64,000 nucleotides of DNA from Vitrella brassicaformis CCMP3155 (GCA_001179505.1 CDMY01000477.1:298602-362601), one strand, 5' to 3'; shown: positions 12,659 through 30,344, counted from the stretch's first letter. Notes: generated by a model from the letters alone, not told the origin. Numbers and translations: made by a program.

Positions 12659-15600
12659 TCAGCCCAGCTGAGCCTCCAGGCTGTGTGAAATACAACACAA
12701 CACAACACACACATCAGCACACACACACAGAAAGAGTGAGTGAGACACACGATGGTTCCATCCGTCAGTAGATCAGTTCAGTACCCCACACACCCACCTG
12801 TTTTTGTCGAAGACTGCATCGGGGGCGAACTGTCCGTGCAGCCCTATCGGCAGGGCATACCGCAGCGGCAGCCGTCTTATCGGCCCCTTGCTGACGTCGC
12901 GCGCCTCAAAGATCAACAACTGCACACATAACACACTCACCCAGCCACCATGCCGCCGCCATGCACACAATGAGGGGCGTGTGTGTGTGTGTGCTGACCT
13001 CCGACTTCATGTCTTTGCCGTTGAAGAGATAGGCCAGGAGGTATCCGTCGTCTTCGCGCGTGTGTGGGTGGGGGTAGGGGGGTCGGCCCTTCTTGGGGGC
13101 GAACACCATCTCGCCCACAAACTCATAAGGCTTGGGCGTCCACATCTAGGTGAGTGACACACGATGGACGGACGATGGATGGACAGAGGCACGGCGTACG
13201 TCTGTGTGAGTGAGTGTACCTTACCTGTCTCTGCTTTGTGTGGACATCCAGCTTGACGGCCGCCTGGATGGGGCCGCTCGGACCCACCTCGGTCTGCGCG
13301 CCGAACCAAACATACCTACACGCCAGCCACAGCACACGCACCAACAGACAGACACGTCAATGTGTCCTGTGGATCCCTCCCGCCCGCCCTTTTCGCACGC
13401 ACACACAGACGCCCACCGACCGGTGTTTCTGTGTGACGACTTTTGGGTTGACGGTGGGGAACTCCACATTTCGATCGGTGACGAGCGGCTCCTTAGTGAA
13501 GGTGCCGTCGTGGGGGCTCAGACGGTAGCGATACATCTGTGTCTGACCCAGCCAAGCAGACACAACACAACAGAGAGAGGGAAAGTGACTGAACGCTCTG
13601 CCTGTGCCTGTGTATGTGTGGATGGGAGTACTTTGGACGTCTTGGCGAAAAGGTCTTCTATGTCGGAGTGGATGGGCCGCTCGTCGTCGATGGCGTACTT
13701 GTCGTACGAGTCGAGCGTCAGCACATCGACCACCACCTCACCACCATTGGCTGGACGAACACACACACACGCACACGCACACGCACACGCACAGACACGA
13801 GGGCATGGATGTGTGTCCGTGTGTGTGCAGGTCCCACTCACTCACCGCTGTCGTCGTATGCGTTGACAAAATGAAAGTTAAAGAAGGAGTCGATCGGGAC
13901 GCTGATCAGACCCTCTCCACCCTGACACACACCCACCCACCCACACACACACAGAGAGAGAGAGAGAGACAGAGAGAGAGTGCACAGCCACATCTCTCCA
14001 TCCATGTGTGTGCCATTTACCGACCGTCCTGTTGCCGTCTCTGGGCAGCAGGTGGACGATGGCGGGTTTGTTCTTGTCGAAGTTGATGCACTCGAAGGCC
14101 GTCTTGGTGCCGAGGATGAAGTCAACCGGGTTGAAGTTGGTCGGGCACTGGAACCAGACATAATACCTGCCACCCACCCACCCACCCACCCACATACACA
14201 CACACATACACACACATACACAGAGAGAGAGAGTCTTCATGCCGTCTCGTCTGGTCGTTCCTTCCTGCTGACTGACTGCACTGACTTGTCAGTGATAGCC
14301 CAGTCGTGCATGAAAGGCATGCCCCTGACACTGAACGACTTCCGCGACACACACTCAAACCGGTCGTCATACTCCCAGGCCGTCACCTGCCCACACCCCA
14401 CACAAACAAACAAGCAAGACTCACCTCACACACGCCCCTCCCTCCCTCCCTCCCCCCCCCCCCCCCCCCNNNNNNNNNNNNNNNNNNNNNNNNNNNNNNN
14501 NNNNNNNNNNNNNNNNNNNNNNNNNNNNNNNNNNNNNNNNNNNNNNNNNNNNNNNNNNNNNNNNNNNNNNNNNNNNNNNNNNNNNNNNNNNNNNNNNNNN
14601 NNNNNNNNNNNNNNNNNNNNNNNNNNNNNNNNNNNNNNNNNNNNNNNNNNNNNNNNNNNNNNNNNNNNNNNNNNNNNNNNNNNNNNNNNNNNNNNNNNNN
14701 NNNNNNNNNNNNNNNNNNNNNNNNNNNNNNNNNNNNNNNNNNNNNNNNNNNNNNNNNNNNNNNNNNNNNCCCCACACAAACAAACAAGCAAGACTCACCT
14801 CACACACGCCCCTCCCTCCCTCCCTCCCTCCCTCCCTCCCACCTTGCCCGAGTTGAGCCCGCCCCTCTTGGCGCCGAAGTTGACCAGCCGATTGCGAGCG
14901 GGGTCGATCTTGTAATGCGCACTGAAGGGCTCCTTGGTGCTTTCCAGTGAGCGGCCAAGGTCAGTCGCCCCCGAGCACCCCAGAGCAATCGGGTCAATGA
15001 TCCACGGCGCCGCGCCTTCCCACAAGGCGAGCAGCACGCCGGACCAGAAGACGACGTGGGTGTTGGCCATGTTGCGGATGAAGGTGTCCAAGATGTTGCG
15101 CGTCCAGCCGCCCTTTTTCTGGGTGCCGACGCCGCGGTAGAGGATCCGGTTGGCTTGGAGCTCCTTCAGGTAGTAGGGGCTGCGGACGAATCTGTTGCGG
15201 AAGAACGCAGTGCGGTTCTGGAAGGTCACCGCTGCGATCTGCATCCATCGATACATATCAAGTGTGCTGTGTGTGTTGGCCTCTCCTCTCTTGGCCTCAC
15301 TGTGTGCTGGCTATATGGGGCTGGCTGGTGTGTGTGTGTGTTGGTATGTATGGTTACCAACCATTCCGTGGCCGTCGAATGGGTGAGTGATTTTCTCGTC
15401 GCCGATCTCAAACTTGGCAGGGATGTTCTTGAAGAACGTCCCCTACACACACACACACACACACACGAGCAGAGGAGTCCCAGAGTCAGGACACCTAGCT
15501 ACCGTCCAAACTGACCTCTAGGTCTTTCGGTATATCTCCCTCCAGGTAGTAGTGCCCCTCCGGCGGCTCCACAAAGCTCCGCTCCAACGCACCCACGTCA

Positions 15601-15925
15601 CACAGCGACCTGATCACACATACCATACACACGCAGCCAATCACGCGTTTTGACAGACATGTCACACACTCCTGCTGCTGTGCTGTGGGCGTAAGTACTT
15701 ATCGAGCCTCCGCTCAATGGCCGTCTTCGGCGGCTCTCTCGGCTTGCCGATGGCCCTCTCGGCTGCCGCATCCTCAAACCGCATGTCGGCAGCAGACGCC
15801 GACATCCTCAGCGGCGATGATGAAAGGAAGCCAGAACCGGCAAGCCTCAGTGGCCGCCGCCTCGGCCATTCTCTCACTGCGAGGGCTCCAGCAGTAAAGG
15901 CCAATGCCAAAAGCAAAGACCTCAT
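12659..15925 (-). CDS. Carotenoid/apocarotenoid cleavage oxygenase (RPE65/CCD family, cyanobacterial ACO-like), plastid-targeted
   Basis: Leader MRSLLLALAFTAGALAV...GFLSSSPLRM. Exons RNRFVRSPYY..ELQANRILYRGVGTQKKGGW..NMANTHV..LLALWEG. All four Fe-binding His are present: FSAHYKID, MHDWAIT, FHFVNAYD, IGLHGQF. Also EFPTVNP, GEMVFAP and EDDGYLL. Confidence 0.93.
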
Positions 15926-16368
15926 CCCACGCCACGGCCGCCTCTAGAATAAGATCAGCCAGCCGCAGTCAGCAGGGCGAGGCGGGCACAGCAGCCAGCA
16001 GATCTGTGGGCTGGGCGGCGGTTGACAAGTCGACCCATCCCGTTGGCCGATGGACGACTTCATAAACCACGCATGGCGTCCTCCGGCTGAACCGCGGGTC
16101 ACTCACCGTGGCAGGCATTTCCAAGGGTTCGGCCGGCCGAATGCACAGATCTCGCCACGCAGCCACATAAGCGGAACAAACCAGACGACCCGGGCAAAGA
16201 TCGGAGGGTCCCGCAGCACCATCACTCCGCAGCGGAGCTGTGCATTGCCCGCGCTTCCCCTCTGCCCCTGTCACATCTGCGGGATTAGCTGTGCGAGCTT
16301 AGCTTTCGTGTGTTCCTCTTCGCCCGCGTAGCACACCACCGCGCATCGTCTTTCGGCCGGCAGCAGCG

Positions 16369-20962
<4,594 letters not shown>

Positions 20963-21799
20963 ACACACACAACACAACACAAGTACCCATACAGACACGC
21001 ACATCTAAGGGCGGCGGCGGGACACACTTGCTCTTTCATATGGATGTGTGTGTCTGTGTGTAGGGCTTGATCGATCAATGTGCGTGTGAGCGGTAGCTGT
21101 TAGGCGACTACCTACTTCCTTACATGCATGTGTTGTGTGTCTGCGGGCGTCACGTCGTGTGTGTGGTGTGTGGTTTAAGGCGTTCGTTTTTCTCGTCGCT
21201 CCTCGGCGTGTGCACGTGTGTGTGTATGTATCACCCACCCCTCACCCACCCCATTGCTGGCCCCTCCCCTGTGTGTGTGGTTTTTCGACCACCGACACAC
21301 ACACACAGGTCATCATTTTCGCACGGACAGTTGTGCGTGACGAAAAGATCGACCGATGGATGGATGGATGGATGAGCATTTCTTTTCTTGCTCTCGTTCT
21401 GCAGAATATATACGTGTGTGTTAGTGTGTGTGTGTGTGTGTCCACGGAGAAGCCAGCCAAGAGAGGCCAACCATTTTGAGGGCGCGCTATACTGTGTGTG
21501 TAAGCACATCACATCCGTAAGCTGTATGTACATTTAGCAGACGAGACGAGACGACAGAGAGAGAGAGACGATGACAGCAGTAGTTCATCATATCATCATC
21601 ATCATCATCTTCGCAAAATCAACAACACACAGCACACACACACAAAAGTAACACACTTCCCTCTTTGGTGCACCCGCCCAACTCTTGTCCTGCTCGACTC
21701 ATTGGGATCCTGCGCGATTGCATCCTTCCGCCAACTGCGAGCTTAAAGTTGGCCAATGAGAAGAACGAACCACCGGGAGAAAGCAAGACCGAAAAAAAG

Positions 21800-22356
21800 A
21801 TGGGTGCGGGCGGCTCGAAGGATCCGGACACCTCCGAGCTGGTCAGGAGAGCCAAAATAGGTGTCGTTCAGCTCAGGGAGCCTTGAAAGGACAATCCATA
21901 TGTCATCACGGAGCCCGACTGGGAGCGCCTAACATACGCGGAGCTGTCCATGGTTGTCAGCAGTCTCACGCCCAACGGCGGCATCCAGCATGAATACGGC
22001 TTCGCAGCTAAGGTGGACTACTGGGGCCGCCTGCAGATGGAGCAGAGGCAGCGGGACAGCGAAAGGTACATACCATGACCAGGCACGTCGGCACCCAGGT
22101 GGCCATGATGCTTACGTACTGTGCATGTCGTTGTCCTTTTGTCTCATGCAGGGGGCAAGACTTGAAGGATTCGAATTCTGCTCCATCGTCATCCCGTAAG
22201 TCGGATCCTTCGCCCCAGCCGATGGCAGCCGAGGAGGCAGGGGCTGCGGATGAGCTCAGACAACGACCCGGCCGACGGAGGAGTGCTGACAAGAACGAAC
22301 AAGAACAGGGCGGACGGCAGCCGGCCGGGGGCGGTGGGAGGGCGGGTGCACTCTGA
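21800..22356 (+). CDS. Small putative N-myristoylated protein (MGAGGSK...), with either a 48-nt intron or an in-frame UGA
   Basis: ATG at 21800 gives MGAGGSKDPDTSEL. The same frame continues after TGA 21884-21886 as KDNPYVITEPDWERLTYAELSMVVSS...WGRLQMEQRQRDSE|R, then a GT-AG intron and a low-complexity tail to the stop at 22356. Confidence 0.6.
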
Positions 22357-22799
22357 CGGACAGTGACGCTGCATTCACGTGGCTGGCTGCTCGTACGTGT
22401 GTGTGTGTGTGTGTGTGTGGCCTGACCACATGCTGCTTGCCTGTCTGCCTGCCCGCCTGCAATGTGGTGTGGTGTGACCCCTCTCTCTGTGTCTCTCTTT
22501 CGGCCATTCAGCCATTGCTTTTAAGTACGTCAATCAATCAGTGCTTGTTCGAGTGCATATCGATATCTGGACGGCGTCCACACGCAGTCTGCCCACACTG
22601 ACTGATTGGATCCACCCCACCTGACTGACCTGACAGGCACACGAGCGAACACTTACTTCACTGCGTCCATAGACAACAAAATTGACACGCAGACACGCAC
22701 AGAGACACATCAGGCAGGCAGGCCGGCAGGAAAGAGCCTGAATGACGCCTGAATGAATGAATGAATGGGTCGCACACAAAATGCGCATCCGTGCTGTAG

Positions 22800-22848
<49 letters not shown>

Positions 22849-22938
22849 GGCAGGTATTCTACACCCACGAGGAGCAATAGGTTAGAAAAGAACCGTGTTA
22901 CACCATTGTTGCAAGAGCAGAGCACGTGTGAGCATCAA

Positions 22939-23066
22939 TCAGCAGCACGTGCCGGCGGGAGAGCAGCCATTCTGCTGCTGCTGCTGCTGCTTCTGCTTGT
23001 GACCACCGCCCTCTTCGTGTGCCACCCACTTCTCGCGCAAGACCTCACCGAGCCGTGCGGCAGCTG

Positions 23067-23097
<31 letters not shown>

Positions 23098-23696
23098 AAA
23101 GGATGGATGGATGGATGGACACCAGAGACACACAGATGGACACGTGTGTGTGTGTGTGTCTGTGTGTCTGTGTGTCACATGCCTGTGTCGAGTTTGGCCT
23201 CATCGACGCAGCAGAAAGCAATGCGCACAGCGGGGGAGGGCTTGTTGGTGAACGAGAAGAAGTTTCCTGCACACACACACAACACGCAACACACAGCACA
23301 CAACAGACAGCACACAGCACATAACAGACGATGAGGACACACTGCACACACACACACACACATGGACACATACCTGGCGCGACGAGTATTCTGTGTTTAA
23401 GTAGGTCCGGGATGATGGCGGCGCTGTCCTCCACCGGCAGCCGAAACGACGGCCACAGAAACATCCCTGTCGAAGGAACCACACACACCACACACACACA
23501 CAGAGAGAGAGAGAGAGACAGCGGTGTGTTTGGTGCAATTGTGAGTGCACAGGCGTAGACACACACTCACACACACCTGCCACAGGAATGTCCATCATGG
23601 CGAGGTGCTCGCCGCAGTGCTTCACCAGCGAGCTGACCAGCTGGTCGCGGCGCTTCCTGTGAGCACACAAACACGCACACACACACGCATGAATCC

Positions 23697-23728
<32 letters not shown>

Positions 23729-26212
23729 CTGTGTGCGATTGTACCAGTAGAGAAACTGCAGATCTCTCACGTGTCTGTCGAAGCCCTCGATGCCCCAGTC
23801 ACGCAGCAGCGAATACACCACCGTCTGTGTGACACACACACACACACACACACACGATGGGGATGTGTGTGTTTTGGTTGTGCAGCTATACTGCCTGACC
23901 TGTGCCATGGCGCTCTGTGTGGGTGCACAGCTGGTATAGGCGTAATACTGCGTTGTGAAGGCCTTGCTGGCCGTGCACTGATCACACACACACATACCAT
24001 ACACACACAACACAGGGAGAGAGAGGGTGAGAGTGAGAGAGAGACTGTGTGGTGTGGTGCCCAGTACTCACCCAGCCCGTCCGCAGTCCGGGCGCCACAC
24101 ACTTACTGAAAGTGTCCACACGGATCTGCTCTCAGATAGACAGACAGACCGATGACAGACAGCGGCGCTGTGCACACGAACGTCTCTCTGTCTGTCCTCG
24201 GTCTGTCTGTGTGTGTGTGTGTGTGTGCGTGTGTCAGGTACCACTCGGCCATCGATGTCAAAGCTCAGAAAGGACCGCTGGCCTGAAAACACACACACAC
24301 ACACACATGAATGCCGGTGCATGTGTGTGTGTGTGTGTGTGTCATTACTGTAGGGATCGTCGACGATCGCCGTCTGTGTGGGCGGGGGCGCCTTGAGAGA
24401 CAAGAGGCCTGTCCACCCACACACATCCATCCATCCACCACACACACGTTTCTCTCCACGAGAGGGAGAGCCTAGCTTCGCGCGTGTGTGGGTGCATGCC
24501 CGCGCCAAGCCGACCCACCAGGGCACTTGTCGGCAGTGTAAGTCGCTCCTTCATGGTAAGAGGGGTACCGCAGGAACCAGTAGGGGTCGTCCTCGATGAC
24601 CACCATGTCATACGCCTGTAAGCAATGTGGTGGACAGACACAATATGTCGATGTGCGTCGTGTGTGGTGTGTTGTCACCCTGGCCACGGCATAAAGCTCG
24701 AGTATCCGCTGCTCGCTTGTGACCTTGCCCTCGGGGTTCGAACCGACCTGTCCCATGTCATTGGATTGCGTGTGTATCTCTCTCTCTCTCTCTATGTGTC
24801 TGTGTGTGTGTGTGTGTGTGCCGACATACCGGAACGACATAGAGCGCCTTTGGCTTGCCTCTGCCGGCAGCTATGTAGCTCTCGCAGGCCTGAAGACACA
24901 CATCAACACACAGCACAGTGAGTGCTCGGTAAGACTCTCACGCACACCCCCACGCACCTACCTCTCTGAGTGCCTCCGGGATGATGCCCATGTCGTCGCT
25001 CTCGACGTTGATGACCTCGTTGATGTAGGGCCGGAAGGCCAGCATCGTCGTCGAGTAGGCATGCTCGTCCGCAAAGACACCATCAGCTGCACAAACAATC
25101 ACATTACACTCCCAGAGAGAGAGGCTCGCGTGTGTGTGGGGTGGGGTGGGGTGGGGTGGGGGGGACTTGGGTTGAAGACGATGCTGGCGATCTTGTCGAG
25201 GGTGTCGCTGTTGCCCGCCGTCAAGATGGTGTCCAGCACTGACACACACACACAAACACACACACACACACATATACACATACACATACACAAAGATAGG
25301 TAGACAGATGTGCACATGCAGGCCGCCGACCAGGGCCGTTTTTCTGTTCGTGGTGGCCGTTGGTGGTGGCGGTGGTGGTGGTGGTGTTTGTGCCGTTGAC
25401 GAAGGGTGGTCGGGCGAAGGGCAGCACCGGCTGGTGGAACTCCATCTGCACACACGTGACGTGCGCACAGACGGACAGACAGACAATCTGCCCTTTGTTG
25501 CGAAAAAGAGTGTTCCTTTATGCCTTGCAAGGACTTCCACTCACCATAAACTTCTGCGCCCACTCTCTCAGCGGCTCGCAGCTGCCGTACTGCTGGGCAC
25601 TGCACCCCCCCAACGCCCCCACGCCAAAAGAGAGAGAGGTGTGTGCGTGTGTGTGCGTATCCATGCATCCATCCCCCTTCACGAGTACGCACGTACTTGT
25701 AGAGCATCTTGGGGTCGTCAACCGTGACTTTCACCTTCTCTGCACTGCTGCCGTCGCCAACTCCCCTGACAGTCAGCTCGATGGCCTCGATGGGGAAGGC
25801 CTCGGCGGGCGGCAAACCGCCCGCAAGCAATATCGCCTTCTCGCGCTCGTGCGATGGCATCTGGCACACACAAAGACAGAAAGACAGAGTGACGTGACTC
25901 ATGTCATCATGTCGGTCGATGAGAATCCTCTCTCTGTGTTGTGTGTCCTCCTTTCTTCGCTCACTCACTTGGAAGATGGGTCTGTGAAGGCCGACGAGCT
26001 GGTTCTCGATGCGGCGAGATACCCTCTGTGTGCAGTGTCCACACACACACAATGACACACACACACAGCTGCACTCATCTGTCTGTCTGTCTGTCCGTCG
26101 TGTGTCGGTGTGCATGCGATGACGGCGTTGGTACTTCTGCGAATGCATCTTCCCATCTGAGCGGCTTGGCGTTGGCGATATGGGCGGACAGCAGCGACGA
26201 AGATGAAGACAT
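22939..26212 (-). CDS. PLP-dependent class I/II aminotransferase (Aro8 / 2-aminoadipate-kynurenine transaminase-like)
   Basis: ILLAGGLPPAEAFP, QYG, TAGNSDTLD, VFADEHAYS, VESDDMGIIPEAL, VIEDDPYWFL, RVDTFSKCVAPGLRTGWV (PLP-Lys motif), GMFLW, ILVAPG..F, VRIAF. Confidence 0.93.
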
Positions 26213-26583
26213 CCTGACAGACAGCTGGAAGGAAGACCTGCACACTCGACACACATACAGTGCACACACCTGTCCAGTGCCGGGCAGGCACCAGCATTGA
26301 TTGGGCTGCATGTTTCTTTCCTACCAATGAATGCAATGTGAGATCCGGTTGCTTCTGTTTGGGTCGCGTCCAGAGCAGCCGATCTCTCTCTTGTCTGCAA
26401 TAAGTTTCACGAGATTTGGCAGTTGATCCACTCGACGGGGTCCTCTGGTTGATTGCGAGGAAGATCAGCGAGAGATACCGCCCCGCCACTGCCCCGCCCA
26501 CCACCACCACACCGCATCAGGCCTGCTCGGGCATCCTCACAGAGTCAATGCGCTGTGTGTGGAGGGTAAGTAGCTAGAGCACA

Positions 26584-28213
26584 ATGGCGACCGATCCCAA
26601 GGACGAGCCCAACCACGAGCCGCCGGGCTTCGTCAGCTCGCCGCGGGTCATGTTCATCGCTCGGTGGCTGGAGCTTCTGTGGGGCTATGGCGTGACGCGC
26701 TTCTGCGTCGTCTTCACTGGGTGGTGGGTAATGAGGGGCGGCAGATGGGCCGTGCAGGCCATCAATCTCGTCCTCAAATGGTCTGTCAGTTCACAGAGGA
26801 AAGAAATGCCACACAGGAGGAGCTGGATGGTTGCGCACTGTTTGTGTGTCGGCGTCTGTCTGTCTGTGTGACGATCAGGGTGTTTGGCGTCACGTCGCCG
26901 CCAAAGCCCATCGATGGGAAGCACCACCTTTACACACTCAACTACTCCCACTTCTGTAACAAGGCACTCCACCACACACACACACAAAGGAATCTCTCTC
27001 TCTCTCTGTGTGTGTATGCTACACAGGCGCGTTGGGCACTGGATGCCTCTGGGGTGGCCTACAGCGAGACGACCTACGGCGTCATCAACTTCAAGCCCGC
27101 CATCACGGCCGTCAGCCGCGGCACCTACGCCGCCGCGCCTTATATGGTGGCTGCCGACGGTATGCATCAGGCAGAATAGTCGCACTCTTGTCAGGGTGTG
27201 TGTGTGTGTCGCAAAGAGAGACAGAGGTGTGGATGTGTGTGTGTGTGTGTGTGTGTGTAGGGGCGTCTGTGCCGGACAGCACGGGCATCTTGACATATCT
27301 GGCTGAGCACCACGGCAAGCGGGCGTCATGGCTGTTCCCCAACAAAGAGGCCACTGACCTTGGTAAGAAGGCACACACACACAAACAGAGAGAGAGAGAG
27401 AGGTGTAGGTGTGTGTGCGTTTGTGCGTGTGTGCGCATCAGAGGCTTATTTTGACGACAATTTTGCGTTTCCTGCGTTCCGGTTGTGCTACGGCCTGCTG
27501 GACACGGTCCCCTCCGGCCGCATGCTCTTCCTCTGTGTGGCGCTGCACACAGAGGTCACATCCATCTGGAAGTGGCTCGCCATACGTCCGTCCGCATAAA
27601 CACCCACACGGCCACACACGCACACACACACATGTCTCTCTCTCCTTGTCTGTCTGTCGTCTGTCTGCATCGGTCCGTTCACCAAGCGAGCTACGGCATC
27701 CTGGGTCAGTTTTGCCGCATGATGAAGGCCGAGGAGGTCCCACACCGAGCGGCCGTTGACGAGGCCTTCGCCAAGGTGGAGGCGCTGCTGGCTGACGGCC
27801 GGCAGTTCCTCGCTGAGACCACCTGCCCGTCGGCTGCTGGTACGCATGGCATGTCTGCACGTCTGCCGGATGGATGGATGTGTGTGTGTGTGTGTGTGCA
27901 GATATCGCCTTCGCATCAGCTGCGTTTCCCCTGATTCTGCCGCCAGGTGCGTGCCATCAGAGACACACATCAATGTGGTGACCCACAGAGGGGTGCATTG
28001 GTGCCTCTGTGTCTGTGTCTGTGTCTCTGTGTGTGTGGTGTGCCATATCAACCAAATGCAGAGATGTCGCATCACTGGTTCTCCCTGGGCAACCCGCTGC
28101 TGCCTCCGGCATACAGGCAGGAGGTCCTCAGCCGCCGGGCCACACCGGCCGGCCAGTTCGTCCTCAAGATGTACAGAGAGCACAGACAGTGGCGCTATGA
28201 TGCCGCCACATAG
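26584..28213 (+). CDS. Glutathione S-transferase-like protein (GST_N with SHFC-K motif) with hydrophobic N-terminal extension
   Basis: LYTLNYSHFCNK|ARWALDASGVAYSE..., VPDSTGILTYL, EAYFDDNF, VEALLADGRQFLAE..SAADIAFASAAFPLILPP, RATPAGQFVLKMYREHR. Confidence 0.85.
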
Positions 28214-28402
28214 AGACAGAGGGAGGGAGGGAGGGAGGGGCGTGTGGTGTGGGGCGAAGCAGGAGTGCGTGTGGGTGGATTTCCAATTGGCTCTCTGTCG
28301 CTGCGGTGGAATGACAGTTGGTCACAGCACACTGATTGATGTTGTCCTTTGCTGTGACTGCCTACGGCGAGACCGACACACACGCAGATACGCACCGAAA
28401 AT

Positions 28403-28996
28403 CTAGCGGCTCAGATCCTGCTGGCTGCTGCTGCTGCCGCTGCTCTCATTTCTAGCCTTGCCCTCCAGCAGCTGCAGCGCCACCGTGTTGAAGTGCAGCA
28501 CATCCTAACACACACACACACACACACCATTGCACTACAGACTTGCACACAGCTCGTTGTTCTTTACTTACCCGTTCTTTGATGAGCAGAGGCCGCAGAG
28601 TGTCCCGCAGCCTCAGCAGCAGGGGGCGGTGCGCCGATGAGGTCACGAGCTGCCTCGTGTGCAGCTGCACGAGCAGCAGGGCCGTCTGGCTGAGACGCTC
28701 CACACACACATAGCCTCCACCTGCACACACACACACACACACACACATACAGACAGACAGACCGAGGGCCGCCCACCGACCCATAATATCGATGGCCTCG
28801 GCAATGGCGGCAATAAACTGCATGAGCCTCAGGGCATAGGAGAAGGGCATCGACAAGAGCACCTCATACAGCAGCGGGGCCGGCACCTGCTGCACCGCCC
28901 ACAAGACGTGCTCGTGGGCCGTCCGCCCGGCCAGCTCGGGCTTGCTGCTGCTGCCGCCCATTGTCTCGTCTCCTTGTTCTTGCTGCTGGTCGGTGA
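28403..28996 (-). pseudogene. Intron-containing duplicate of the 3' end of WDR3/Utp12 (copy of 36300-36886)
   Basis: Near-identical DNA including introns. Homology stops exactly at the TAG (28403) and at ~28996 in mid-exon (DQQQEQGDETMGG...). Confidence 0.92.
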
Positions 28997-29009
28997 CTGC
29001 TCTCATCCA

Positions 29010-29505
29010 GACCAGAGCCCTGTCCTGGGTTCTCTTCCAATTGCTCTAGACAGCCACACAGAGGCAGACAGCGGTGTGTTGGTATCACCCACATGTCCAG
29101 CCGGCCTTCGTTGGTGATCTTGCCGATGGCCTGTCTGTCTGCCGAGCAAGACACTCCAATGCCGACGGCAGCGGCAGCCGGATGACCCGCACGTCGTGGC
29201 AGAAGTACTTGCCGCCGAACTGGGCACCGATGCCCATGTTCTGACATATCTGACACATACACACATCACAGACATATGGATGTCGATGGAGGGCTGTCTC
29301 CTCTTCCCACTCCAGGTCTCTGAATGCCCGACCGTGCTCATTGCCAGATCTAGAGGTGGCCAGACCGTCGAAATACCTGATAGACGCACAGACAAACAGA
29401 CACATGGACAAGTGAAATGTGCGGATATAGATCTGCCCATACCTGCAGCTGGCCATCTTGAAAGTCTAGAATCTTGAGGGTCATCTCGGCTGACAAACCG
29501 CCTGC
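29010..29505 (-). pseudogene. Class I (Fe-S) fumarate hydratase, middle fragment, frameshifted
   Basis: SAEMTLK/KMASCR|[22 protein letters not shown]|[26 protein letters not shown]/(deletion of RHGASC)/[21 protein letters not shown]|LEQLEENPG. At least two frameshifts. Confidence 0.88.
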
Positions 29506-30344
29506 ACACCACTGACTGACTGGCTGGCTGGCTGGCTGGCTGGGCGGGCGGAGGCTGGCTCGTACAGTATATGTATTCCATCTGTACGAGCCATACATAG
29601 TACGGTTACACACAGACAGACACACGTGCGTACATATTTGTGTGCAGTAGGCACGCGAACGTTAACGCACACATAGCATAGCGGGCAAGTGTTTGTGTGC
29701 GCGGACTGACTGACTGAATGTCCCCACCTCTCATCCCTCCACATCCCTCCCTCCCTCTCCGTGACACACGTGATCGACTTTCGTCTTTCTTTTTGCTAGA
29801 GAGAGGGATCGTAATGCACGGAGCTTTGTGTCTGGGTTTCCATGGTCGTCTGTGTGCATGGTGGTCTGATCTGGGTGGACGCCTGAATGCCGCTGGCTGG
29901 CTGGCTGGGTGTATGTCTGTCTGTCTGTATCATACTATCCTCTCCCGTCCTTGCTTTCTCTGCGTGTGTGTGTCGTGTGTGTGTCGTGTGTGTGTGTGTG
30001 TTGTGTGTGCGAGTGATGATGCGTGTGCCGTGGCTGGAATAAATGAACGACATACGTGGCCAACACTCATTCACCTGACACAGAGTATTGAGTGAAAAAC
30101 AGCAAATACACATCGGCACACACATCCATCTGTCCGCCAGCCGATTTAAGTCAGCCAGCCGCCGCCCACTGCCAGCCTGGCCATCACCACACCCACCACC
30201 CTTCCAGTCGGTCGACAGCCACCTCTCGACGCCTCTCGACGCAGACAGACGGGGAAGGTGCCTGCACTAAGGGTAGGAAAGAGAAAAGGCAATAGACGTG
30301 GACAGACTTCCCCTTCCCCCATGTGTCGTGTCATCCGACCTCCG

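Noticed and set aside
14396-14835. Identical ~60-bp sequence on both sides of the N-gap (apparent direct repeat)
   Set aside because: The flanking exons join seamlessly (..LNSGK|VTAWEYDD..). This is most likely an assembly overlap artefact at a poly-C tract, not a real repeat or missing exon.
15969-16331. ORFs of ~100 aa between the carotenoid oxygenase and V-ATPase starts
   Set aside because: They lie in a 443-bp divergent promoter region, with no motif or splice support.
22357-22940. SECIS element downstream of the UGA-containing ORF
   Set aside because: No convincing AUGA...AA...GA stem was found by eye; a computational search is needed.
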